A stretch of 63,562 nt of DNA, counting the filler, from Circinaria calcarea (taxonomy: Eukaryota), in NCBI GenBank assembly GCA_051942165.1. It is 16 parts of 16 records of this genome, joined end to end, with 100 filler letters (N's around TTAATTAATTAA, not from the genome) between each part and the next. Parts side by side here need not be neighbours in the genome. Positions count along the whole stretch, not along the records: positions 35,873 to 39,745 come from JAVECS010002574.1; positions 39,846 to 43,717 come from JAVECS010002575.1; positions 43,818 to 47,689 come from JAVECS010002576.1; positions 47,790 to 51,658 come from JAVECS010002577.1; 12 more parts are not named here. The stretch is one strand, 5' to 3'. The translations under genes were made by a program, and so were the position numbers. The stretch's first letter is position 1. Each line of letters starts with the position of its first letter. Positions 36,840-47,790 of this stretch are shown here, one piece after another. The notes beneath the pieces are model-generated. The model worked only from the letters and a program-made list of their open reading frames with translations. It was not told the DNA's origin and ran no database searches.

Positions 36840-38006
36840 CTAGATCTCCAACGGGATTTCTGGATCCTTCACAAACTGTGCCAGTTCGTTTACACTCCGC
36901 TCAAAGTATTTGGCGAGGTTGTTGGCGCTGGTTTCGAAGCCATCCTCCTTTGCTTCAATAGCCAGATCTCTATAGTCGTCCTCGTCCTGAAGGAGCCTAT
37001 CGCGCTGCGCTACCCATTCCATCTGCACAACGTTCCTCCTCGGCGGCTCGAGTATCTCCGGGTTCGGGAAAACCTCCTTCTTCAGCTCGAGCTTCATACA
37101 GTCCAAGGCTTTCTGGAGGTCGACGGATAGCTCTTCGGGGACTTCCAATTCTTGTTCATGTTTGCGGATCCATTTCCCGGCCTGGTAGCTTACTGCTAAG
37201 CTAAAACCAGTGCGATGCTCGGGAGCTTCCGAAGCAAATTCCAATACCAGGGTTTTTGCGAAGTCGTGTGGACTGGTAGAGTGGTAGATGTCATCGCGCG
37301 GCGGCTTCTCATACCATGCCTCGTCAAGCGGATGCTCGCCATCCTTACTTTCGAAGGATTTGATAACGATCACATTCTGGATAAAGTCGTACGCGACAAC
37401 CCAACCGCCATTGTGGTCCATATTACCGAACATCTTGATGAGTATCATGACCGGCCTTGGCTTTCGATGCAGCTTCTGCCCACTCAGTATCCTCAACGTC
37501 TCCGTCTTCGCTTTCGTGTCCTTCAGCTTGATGATGTACTCCACGAGTATGTCAGACACGCCCATCTTTTGTATGTACCCTATGATTTCGGCCATCAGAT
37601 CACTGTCCGTCCACTCCTCCACGCCGACAGATAGGTGGAAGAGGCTGTCTCTCGCAAACGTCATGAGGCCCTCCCTCGCCCCCTCTGTCTCCTTCTCTCC
37701 CTCCTCCAGCCAGGGCTTCTGGGCCTCGAGATCATATACCGCCGCCTTGTGCTCGGGCTTCGCTCGATTCACATCTGTATAGATGAGGGCACCCCTGCCG
37801 TAAGTAGCTTGAAGGAACCACCGTGGGGCGTATCTCATGTATTCATAGAAAGTTTTGTACTCCATTGGATACCCTTTCGGCATGCCGTATCGATGACCCA
37901 AGGCCTGGATTGCGTTGGCGCTTTTGTGGACGAAGACGTAGTCTCCTGTGAGGTAGTAGTATTCTTCGTCGGGGACGAACCAGCGATTTGCTGTTGGGCA
38001 GGACAT
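36840..38006 (-). CDS. Hypothetical protein (388 aa, intronless), no family recognised
   Basis: Long ATG-started ORF with globular-protein composition and G/C-ending codon bias; TATA-like sequence upstream near 38220. Confidence 0.75.
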   Translation of the reverse strand: MSCPTANRWFVPDEEYYYLTGDYVFVHKSANAIQALGHRYGMPKGYPMEYKTFYEYMRYAPRWFLQATYGRGALIYTDVNRAKPEHKAAVYDLEAQKPWLEEGEKETEGAREGLMTFARDSLFHLSVGVEEWTDSDLMAEIIGYIQKMGVSDILVEYIIKLKDTKAKTETLRILSGQKLHRKPRPVMILIKMFGNMDHNGGWVVAYDFIQNVIVIKSFESKDGEHPLDEAWYEKPPRDDIYHSTSPHDFAKTLVLEFASEAPEHRTGFSLAVSYQAGKWIRKHEQELEVPEELSVDLQKALDCMKLELKKEVFPNPEILEPPRRNVVQMEWVAQRDRLLQDEDDYRDLAIEAKEDGFETSANNLAKYFERSVNELAQFVKDPEIPLEI

Positions 38007-39574
38007 CTCTGATGTGGTTTAAGATGCAGGGGAAGTTTTGAACGTTGAATTGATATTGAGGTTAAGGACTTCTGAATTTTGGGGTTGTTACTCATATGCG
38101 CCTGATGCAAAATCGATGAGCTTGATGGAAGTTTGGATAATCCCGATGGTGGTGGTAGAGTCTAGGTGTAGGAAGGTGGTTGAAGGAACAAGAGGTTGCC
38201 TCTGGGGTAGACTGCTCTCTTATACCCCTTGGGAGTCATACACGCAGCGGTGATGCCTCGAGAGTCTGACTCCACTGGTTTAAAGGTCATGACTCTGGGC
38301 AGTGAAGTGGGTCGAGACGACTCATCGGAGAGTGTGAAGTTGAAAGGAAGGGGGATGTTTGGATGGGACTAGGTACGGTTAGCATATTAATCATGTCTCT
38401 CATGTTAGGGATCTATGGTGCTTGTAAAGACTTTTCATGAACTTATAACGTAAAGGTGACTGGCAAACCTGGTACGTCAAGTATTTCATCACAAGGCACT
38501 GAAATGACTGGCACATACGCACTCGACATCATTGCACGAAGCCATTCCTTAGCCATGTAAATTCAATGTCGCTGCTTCCACTACATCTCTTGCTCTGACT
38601 CCCAGGTCCTTCGAGTGTAGTATCCAAGCTTCGGGGAATACTTCAAGGTTCATAGTCTGCGCTTCCGTCCTGGATATCTAGACCGACGGGAGATTCTCGA
38701 CTTCTAGACTTTCCTCGCCTTCTTAAAGACGTACTAGCTGCATCGCAGGTAGTGTTCTCAGCGAGAGACAGGCTCTTGGAGAGACAGGTTTCGATGTGCA
38801 TGATTGAGATAACGGCCAATCAGTGGATCTTCTAGCGGCAAATGGCGTCTAAGCTCCACGAGGACAAAGGTTAAGAGTATAGTGTAACAATCGCTGGACA
38901 CTTTCCCGCCTAACTATAACCCTTGGACATGTCCGATGACTTTTCACTCCATACTCTTACATAGTCTTAAAGCTTACCACCAAAGGTTTAGTGATCGCCA
39001 TTCACGTTGAGGTTGTGCGGGGCTTTATAAGTCTTCCCGTGCTCGACTGAATAGTGCAAGGGGTTCTTGAGCACGTGAGGATATACAAAACCCAACGCGT
39101 AATTTGCTTATGGAGGGATATGATTGGAGGAAGATGGTAGTGGACAGATATGATTAGACTGTAGAAAGAGAATAGGAAGCCAGCATCCAGGAATTAATGC
39201 TGAAAAATGGTCCTGGTATCTAGAGATTGAGGAGCGTGCTAAGCTTGCATGTTGACATATCAGGAGTCTACTGAGAAAGCACATTGAGTGATTTAAAAAC
39301 TTCAATGAATAATTGCAATGCTCGTAGGTAGCTCATATAGTCCAAAACCCAAACACGCTGGTCTTCTTCGCTGGTTTCTTCAGCGGTGGTTAGAAATGAG
39401 TTTGAGCCGCATTTTTTTCAGTTCGCTTAGCCTCGAATATCTGCCAGCCAGCCATATCATTCTCTGGCGGCGGAGCCATCCGTTTGCCAAGTTAGGCCGG
39501 CTTACCATGGTTTGATCTTCCTCGAAATGTACCGTTGATTCCAGGCTGACCCCTAACGGCAAAGCTACGCAAAA

Positions 39575-39745
39575 ATGGCACCCAAATCATGGCTAGCAAT
39601 CCCAAGCGCGTCTCATTTCTCTCTGGCCAACATCCCATTCGGAATCATATCCACCGCTACTTCGGAGACTCGGCGACCTGCCGTTGCAATTGGCGAATAC
39701 GCCCTCGACCTGACCGCTTTCACCTCCGGCAATGGCTTCTCTGAG
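39575..39745 (+). CDS. fahA: Fumarylacetoacetase, N-terminal fragment
   Basis: SWL.IP..SHFSLANIPFGIIST......RPAVAIGEYALDL. Confidence 0.88.
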
Positions 39746-39845
39746 NNNNNNNNNNNNNNNNNNNNNNNNNNNNNNNNNNNNNNNNNNNNTTAATTAATTA
39801 ANNNNNNNNNNNNNNNNNNNNNNNNNNNNNNNNNNNNNNNNNNNN

Positions 39846-40210
39846 AGCGGTTGAACTATCCACCGAACGCACATATGGCAGAGCCTTCTGCCATGTAATT
39901 CCATAGTGAAGTCCATACACATAGAGTGGTAGTTACCATAGCCAATACAGCCTATTCCACCCTGTATCACATCCATTGATTAACAAATTCGATTAAATAA
40001 AAAATTAAGTTTAAAGGAATGAAAAATTAGGCCCGATCGAGCGAATAAAAAATTAGGCCCGATCGAACGATAAATTAAATTTAATAAAATAATTTTTGAG
40101 GCCAGAGTGAGAATACCGTAAAATTTTGGTTCGGTTCGGAAAATCTTGCGCCGAAGTTAAACCCTTCCACTTCGTTTCACTTTGTTTCAGGGCACTTCGT
40201 TTTAGGGCAT
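39846..40210. repeat. Dispersed repeat relic, homologous to ~59860-60110
   Basis: Shared core TTCGGTTCGGAAAATCT..CGCCGAA.TTA.ACCCTTCCACTT; internal direct repeat AAAAATTAGGCCCGATCGA x2. Confidence 0.8.
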
Positions 40211-40694
40211 TGAAATGTTAACCAGGGAGGCTAATCCCACACCAGCTTTATGTATTTAGAGATCGGTGAAAAGTTTCCTTCTTCTGTTTTTATTAAGTCG
40301 CAGCCTCTAGACGAACAAAAGTTATCCGCAACGCTATTATATGCATCCAAAAAGAGAATCCACACTCCAATTATTAATATCCAATCCGGGTCGGTTTGCA
40401 AGCTGCGCGGGTGAAACCCCCGGACGCTAGGTGCTATATCGAGCAATTTCGGAAAGGATTGTGCATAAGGGTACCTTTGGTGCATGTTCCCTCAAGGAAT
40501 TTGATAGGCGGCGTTCCCTACCTTTTCCGCCGTAATGCACTCCCAGGTAATCCGGAGCTTCCGTCGATACGCGGCTTAATTAAAATCCCGGGATCCATGC
40601 CTGTCCTGCAATGTCAGTCGAAATATGAGAGTAGTACAACATCGCTCCCCCTGTCGAACCCTGTAACTACCCAGGTTCTACCAAAGCAAGTTTT

Positions 40695-41431
40695 TTATAT
40701 ATTCTTGCGGCATTTTTTACCGGGGCTGTCCACGCAGGTAGGATCAACTCCATATCCCACCAGCCCATCATGTCCATAAAAGTACATGCCGCCTCTTGTA
40801 TCACCATGGCTCCCCGAACAGTCATACAGCAATGTCGTTATCGCCACCATGCAGGCACTCTCCGACATCCAAGCTTTCCCCCTGTCGCCGTTCTCATCCA
40901 GCAGGACAAACGTCAAGTTCTGCCGGTATCCCTCTACGTTGGTCAAGAACGTGCCATTGGGAAGTTCCGACACCACGACATTGGGATTCGCCTTGGACTT
41001 GTCGTGGAACGTCTTCCAACCCAATGCCTTGGATGCGAGGATACGGCAAACGCCATCAGCGACACCCGTGATCTCTCCTTGGTACGTCCAACTCCCAGAC
41101 AGGAAACAGCTGGAGCCGGGCGCGTCATTGAACTTCCCCGTGCCCGCCCGACCGCTTTTGATGATTTTAGCAAAACGTCCAACACTGATTCCAACGCCGA
41201 AGGCACCGGTTAAAATCACAGGGAGAAAGATTTGGCGCCCTTCAAGCTCGGAGGAATATTTGACATTGGCTCGAGATCCAGCCGTGTCGCTGGCACTTGT
41301 GAATCTGTACATGGGGAACGTGATTGCGATTCCACAGAAGAGCAAAAGGAGCAGTGATGCTGGGAGAGTTAATATCAATAACGCCGCATCAACCCAGTGC
41401 GTGGTCAATGGAAAGCATTCTCACATTTCAT
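40695..41431 (-). CDS. Secreted Cys-containing preproprotein (intron 41360-41424); 3' end possibly eroded
   Basis: Spliced start MKSSLLLLLFCGIAITFP, a propeptide ending LEGR, and a domain with C.LSG.W...C...C...LLYDC.G...DTRGG...Y.VDP.C. Confidence 0.7.
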
Positions 41432-42757
41432 GGCGACTTGCCAGGACTAATCAAAAGATGGAAAGTGTTCCACTTCTGGAAAATTTCACTGTAAGTCCTC
41501 TGAGATAATCTATTGGCTTTTGAAATAGGAACACTGGCAGTGAATAATGGAAGGGTCCATCAGATATAAGCCCCAGACATCGGAGCTGCATATACAAGCA
41601 TCCATTGCCGAATCGCAGACGATTGTATACGTCAAGAGATCTCTTTCCTTGAAACAAACTCGAAAACTTATAAGATACATTGATCGTATTGAGTTCACGC
41701 AGTACGTGTTTCAGATCGAACAACGTTCCATCACTTGCGTTGATGGCATTTGCTTGGCACGCCTTTGCTTCCTCTGCGGCTGACAGATTGAATGTTTTGA
41801 AAATCTCGATTACAGCATCTCAGGTATCGAGTGTATAAAAGATGAGGAGATTTGTTCTGCATCGAAACCGGCTAGAACTACGTTCTCTTACTGAACAATT
41901 GGACATGAGACAGGACTGGAGGAGCAGCCCTGAGTATTACTCGCGAACTTTTGTGATGGAGAGGCCAGCCAAAGAGATGATGCGCTTCCGGACACAAAGG
42001 GAAAGTCAGCAAGAAGACGTTCCAATCGAGAGAATGCGGATGGCGGAAAGAGAATTCGAGGCACATATCCGAAGTAGCAGTGCCGAGAAGTAGGAAGATC
42101 TGTATACATAATGGAGACGTTGATGTCATTGTACCAGTAACTTAGTTCAGGGAACTTACTCGGTGTTACTTCGGTCCGAGGTCCAGCCGAAGGGGTACGC
42201 TAAGCCCTTCAGCCTCCCATCGAAATGTATATGCGGTTCACAGTTGCTACACTCCAGACTTGCGTGGCTGATGCTAAATGATCGACGGAGAGCAATCTAA
42301 TCTCCAGGCAGAAGGGCAGACTGGCCGGTCCTGCTCTCAGCTGAGCAGTAGCGTCACCGTCGTCATTGGGTTCGAGCGCTGAAAGAGACCATAATCAAGC
42401 TCTCGGTGGATACGGCTGAAAGGTTGCGCTGCCGCCGGATTGTTGGTCGGAGAGATAGCCAGGCAGCAACACAGGCTCGGCAACGCGGCACTGGCTCCTG
42501 TCACTCGAGGGAATCTCTCAATCACCCAATGGACAGCCCCCAAATCGCAGCGTTACTAGAATCATAGCACTCCTTCCCCCTCACACATATATCACGGTGT
42601 GAGCTTTATATCTTGGCAATCGCATTCATTACACGTCCAAAATGCACAGCTGTCAAGCTGGTCTTTCCTTAACTGACAAAGATTCTCTCATGCTGCAGAC
42701 AGGACCTCTCCCCCCTTCTACCGATCCAACCCTGGGCCTTATCCGTGGACTAAGCGG

Positions 42758-43060
42758 TTGTCCCTTATCCTCATCGATTACTCCAGGCTTCTGAAATTCA
42801 AGTCTCTTTTCAAAGAACATTTGGAAGCCAGTGGCTACCGATACCGAGGCGGCGTGGTCTACAGGCCTTGTGTCGATCCCTTAGGAAGCTTCGTTAGCTC
42901 TGTTACTTTTGAGGATTATGACAATAATCGCTACATCGTTAGGTCCCCTGAGGGAACGATGTACCAGAACACCAAATAGCTAAACGGAGCCGCTTCCAAA
43001 GCGGCCTACGAAATCCTCAAGGCTAGGCAGAGACCTCCACTCGCCAAATCCGAGGTGTAG
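42758..43060 (+). pseudogene. Possible single dsRNA-binding-domain (DSRM-like) gene with an in-frame TAG at 42977-42979
   Basis: FKSLFKEHLE...VVY.......FVSSVTF.......G.MYQNTK*LNGAASKAAYEILK resembles the DSRM alpha-beta-beta-beta-alpha consensus. Confidence 0.45.
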
Positions 43061-43817
43061 ACTGAATCCTCCCTCCCTTCTTTCTCACCTCCCCCCCAAC
43101 CCCGCGGATTGGCCCTAATGTACATTACGGGAAAGGATAGAATGTTACATATAACCCAAACCTGGCCCTCCCCATACCATTCCCAGTATTTCTTCCACCC
43201 AACCCTGAAAAAATAAACTCCTCATTCCCCACTTCCCGTAGATACCAAAACCTAGAGCCCCCCGCCCCCCGAGACTTGCTCATCCCTCTCTATCCCTCCC
43301 ATGATGAAAAATTTGCAAAAGTCAAACAACCACAAAACTTCCCAAAAGCCCGGCGAAAGGTGGGGGATCGGGAGGTACGGATAGGATGGCGTGGATGCGG
43401 GTGGATGCGGATGTGATGTGGCAATGAACATAGTGGAGGCTATGTCGCTGTGGTTTATGTTTTGTGATTTGTGGTCAGGGAGAACTGGGGGAAGGATGGG
43501 AAGAGAAGAGAAGAAACTAAGATTAGGGTTAGGATTTAGATAATCTCCCCCCCAAACATCTTGTTGCTATAGGGGAGGCGGGGGGAGGTTTCATGGAACA
43601 GGCCGGATTAAAAAACCTTCCCAGTTTATAAAGTCGATTCCTCGATCAGAACTCCCCTACCGCATATCTCCCACCCCCCCATATCCCCTCTCTGCGCGAC
43701 CTACCCACCTAACCAACNNNNNNNNNNNNNNNNNNNNNNNNNNNNNNNNNNNNNNNNNNNNTTAATTAATTAANNNNNNNNNNNNNNNNNNNNNNNNNNN
43801 NNNNNNNNNNNNNNNNN

Positions 43818-45885
43818 CTTTGTAGAATGTCGCGCCAAAGATGGAGGCTGTGCTGAAGGCAAGCAAAGCTCGCTGCATGGTCAACAAAACCATCATCATC
43901 TAAGATCGAGGTGAATTTGCTAAATAGTTTGAGCAAGTTTGCGGTATATTCCATGTGATTGTTGTAAGGAGAGGATGTGTAGGATTTCCTTGTAAGCACT
44001 TCTAACAGAGCGCGTCTTGGTCCCTTTAAAGCTTCCTCGATAGCAGGCTTCTTGGCATCCTTGGCTTCGACGTAAGGAGCTTCTGCTTTAAGCCTGAAAT
44101 GGCTGTTGAGAACAACGCTTTCGATGCCTAGGGCCAGAAGATCTCCATTCTCCCGTAATTTGCGTTCGGTACTTTGAAACAACCTCAGTTCTTTCGCTGT
44201 CGGGGTTTCCTGTAGCAGATCCTGTATAATTGACTCCAAGTGCGGTGAATGCTCTGGATTCAAGATTGCGAATAGCAGAAGTTTCTTGGCACGCATGATC
44301 GGAGACACAGCCTCTGTCATTTCCAGCAGGAGGCGTTCCATATTGCTGACATTTACACTGACGTTCCCGCCAAAGTCGCGCATGTTTTGTGCGAAGGCCC
44401 AGTCATTCAGTATGTCATCGTCCTCTTGTATTTCCGTCGTCAGACCTTGAGCGAGAAACCAAAGCGCAGTGCTGACAACGTCAGACTTCAAAGGTAGATC
44501 CTTCTCCCACTCTTCAGGCAGGAAGCTTTGCCCAAGATGCCTGAGGGCTATCTTAAACAGGTTGTTGTCTCTGTAATCTCTATCGCGAAGGGATATCTTT
44601 CCATCGGACAACAGCTTCTGTATGGTAGTTGTATCACCTTGATGCAGAGCATAGTAAGCCTCCTCTGGTATGATAACAAACCGTATAGGTTCGATTGCGC
44701 TTTCAATCCTAGCAGATGCATACAATGCTTGCGTTGTACTAACTCTAAAATCGACACCCAGTCGTGATAACCAGGAAGCGGGTTTCAAATGTATATATGT
44801 TTGCCACATCGAATGCTGAGTCTCGAAAACCTTATCTCTTGTGTTCCATACTTTTTTTACGGTTGACTTACGTATAACCCTAACTGTACCAATCCAAGGA
44901 CTATGATACACTGTTGGAGCCAATTTGTCAGTAATTTTTGTAAAGTGTACGACTTCGCCGAAACCATTAGGAATAGTATGTAGCCGTGGTTGTAATTCGG
45001 TTTTGCTTGAAGTGATTTCCGGAACCTCAGAGTCCCTATGGGAATCCTCAATTTTGGAAAAGATTTGTTGGTTCTCCTTGAGTACTTGCACCATCAGTTT
45101 TCGCATTGCAGATTCTGTAAGCCACGGCAGTTGAGTATTTCCCGGCGTATCAAGGTTGGACAGTATTGTATGGGTAGCATTGAGTGCAACTTGTTCTCTT
45201 GAATCCCCTCCGTTACCATGCATCGATCCATTGCCTTCTGTAATGACCGCGGAGGCTGCATTTTTAACTTTAGCTTCATTCATCCCTTCCTGACCAGTGA
45301 TAGATGACTGAACAGCAATTGTAGCGGCAGTCTGGTGCGAATCGCGAAGGAAGGAAACATCTCGATGTATAGTATGTAGCAATTCAGTTTGTTGAGTACG
45401 CGTACGACTGCAAACAGCTCATCAGTCGATTGCTTTGTACTGTAACAAAAAAGGCTTTGTCCATACGATTCAACTGAGGACTGAGCCATCGCAAGCAGCT
45501 TCCTTGCCCGATCCAAGTTCAAAACATACTTCGCAAACTTCTTCTTCCGAAAGGCTACATTGATATTACTCCAGACCAGCTTTCGCCGACCGACACCTTT
45601 AATGTTGTATTTCTCAACTAACTCTTTCAATTTTTTAACCTGACCTTCTACCATTTCCATAGCCAACCCGACATTGTCAAACGCTTCCTTGGATCCACAG
45701 ATACCCTGCGGATAAGTGATCATGTCCTCAAGAACCATCTTCAAAAGGTTCAGCTCGGCATTTAATTGCTGGATTTCTTCGGGCGCATCCTGAACATCAC
45801 TTAGAAAAGTATAAACAATGGAAACGCCCTGTAAAAGTTGCCCAGCAATGCCGACGAAAGCGACCACAGATGCAGCGATATCCAT
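43818..45885 (-). CDS. Fungal N-terminal HeLo-like/SesA-type helical domain protein with an ankyrin-like region; one intron near 45412-45467; 3' truncated
   Basis: MDIAASVVAFVGIAGQLLQG...FLSDVQDAPEEIQQL..EL..L...L; later ALHQGD...IQKLLSDGK.SL.DRD...NNLF..A. Confidence 0.7.
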
Positions 45886-46182
45886 ACTGATACTGGGCAA
45901 TAGCTCAGATTCACGTGGGTTGCAACATTCTGGATACAGGAGAGCGAGAGCGAGAGCGAGAGCGAGAATAGCATTTAAGAACGGAAAAACCAGATGACAA
46001 GTTCTACTCTGTGCCACAAGCTCCAAGGATGAGAATCCATGTCTGGATCGAAGAGGTGGATAGTTATCATTGGACGAACAAGTGCACACGCTTTGTAGCT
46101 GCATCGTCCTGGTCGAATTGCGACATATTCTCCCAAGCGATATGTTGTGTAACCACACAAAGCGCACAACCACCAATCGGCA

Positions 46183-47199
46183 TCACCAATCAACCGCCCA
46201 TCCGTTCTCCTCGAGGAATTCGGTACAGGCTTGTTTGAGGGCAAGATTGGGTCTGAGCTCTTCAGCTTTGAGAGGCTCACGAGTCAGAGGATCCGTTTCT
46301 GATCGTCGGAGATGTTCGAGTATGGTAGATCTATCGTAAGACTGACCGTTTTTCGTCACAACCGGGTCGTGCATGATGGCAAAAGATATATTATCAATTA
46401 AATAGTCGGGTACTTCCTACACGAGATTGTTAGAGACCTCTGGAACTGTCAGCACGATTTAAATGTCGATAACCTTACCCGTCGTCGTAAATGCTCTGGA
46501 TCTGCTATAGCAAAGATACTCCGTATTTCTTCGACTTTTCGTCTAGTAGCTAACTCTATCTCCGCCTTCTCTTCCAGACCTTCCACTTGATCGATATCGT
46601 GTTTCTCAATCTGTTCCTCGAGCGCACGTACCTCCTTTCGACTATTGTTTAACAGGCTATCCTCTAGCTCCTGAAGCAACTCGCTTCTCCTTCTGATCCG
46701 TTCCCGCTCCCGCATCTCCCATTTCTCTTTCTTCGCCTGTAGGACAATGGTAGATATACTAGATGCGCTTGCGTTGTGGGTTTGTATCGCAAGATCGTAG
46801 GCGGTCAAGGCAGATGTCAGAGCTTCATTAGGATGATGTAAAGCGAGCTGGGCTTTGGCAAGATAGAAGTACGCTTTCATGTTATCGCGCTGAAGCTCGA
46901 TAGCTTTGATACAGTCATCGATGCAGCTGTCCCAGGACTGAAGCATGATACGGCTGAAAGCTCGATTGGTGAAAAGGATAGGATTGGTAGGGTCCTTTTG
47001 TATACTCCGTTCTGTCAGCCTCATGAACAGTGCATACTGGAGACGGACTCTTACGCTCTGGTATACAAAACCTCGGCTTCCTTAAAGTCGCCTGCCTGGA
47101 AGGCCCTTTGGGATCGTTAGAAGGACGTGGAGGGAGTTTCTTATGGGAAGCTCACTTGTTCCCTTGCTCCTTGAGTGTGATAGCTGCTGCACTTGCCAT
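46183..47199 (-). CDS. STUB1: CHIP/STUB1 TPR-U-box E3 ubiquitin ligase, multi-exon
   Basis: TPR region LKEQGN, FTNRA, KAYFYL; U-box EVPDYLID.ISF.IMHDPVVTKNGQSYDR..ILEHL...TDPLTREPL....LRPNLALK. Confidence 0.93.
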
Positions 47200-47790
47200 T
47201 GTGAATGGTGTATAGCGGCCTTGCCTTGTCAGATTCGGTCTCTTGGCAACATTACAGAGACAGTAGGTGTATCAATTGATTAGTGCATGCCCACATTTGT
47301 GAGGGAGCTTTTCTTTAATAAGATTTGTCCACCGCAAGTGGCCCGGAAGCTGAGGAATATGTAAGCAATGTTATGCAACTCATGTTACACCAACATTGAT
47401 GATAAGGTATGGTTAGATGTTAACATTATGCGACCAAAATCTTCTACGAAGATATTGCTGAATGAACTGAGGGGCTCGCTTTTGGTGGTTCGAAATTCAC
47501 CGGTTACCTTGCTAATGACTCGGCAAACCTTCCCAACTGTTCTAGCCAGAGCCTGATGCCTGGCCCGATTTGCTCGATTCTCCAGGCTACCAAAATGTAT
47601 GTAAAGGAAGGGCAGGTCAGCTTTGGGAGCCGCTTATCAAGTCAAAGTTACCATTCACCATTAATCCCCTCTAGTACCACCTCCAACTTNNNNNNNNNNN
47701 NNNNNNNNNNNNNNNNNNNNNNNNNNNNNNNNNTTAATTAATTAANNNNNNNNNNNNNNNNNNNNNNNNNNNNNNNNNNNNNNNNNNNNG

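Noticed and set aside
1187..43060. Several in-frame TAG codons (2363, 14870, 18143, 42977) suggesting stop-codon reassignment
   Set aside because: Conserved genes here end at TAG (DPH7, aspartate aminotransferase) and have no internal TAGs. TAA and TGA also interrupt the DUF3176 gene. Pseudogenisation explains the pattern.
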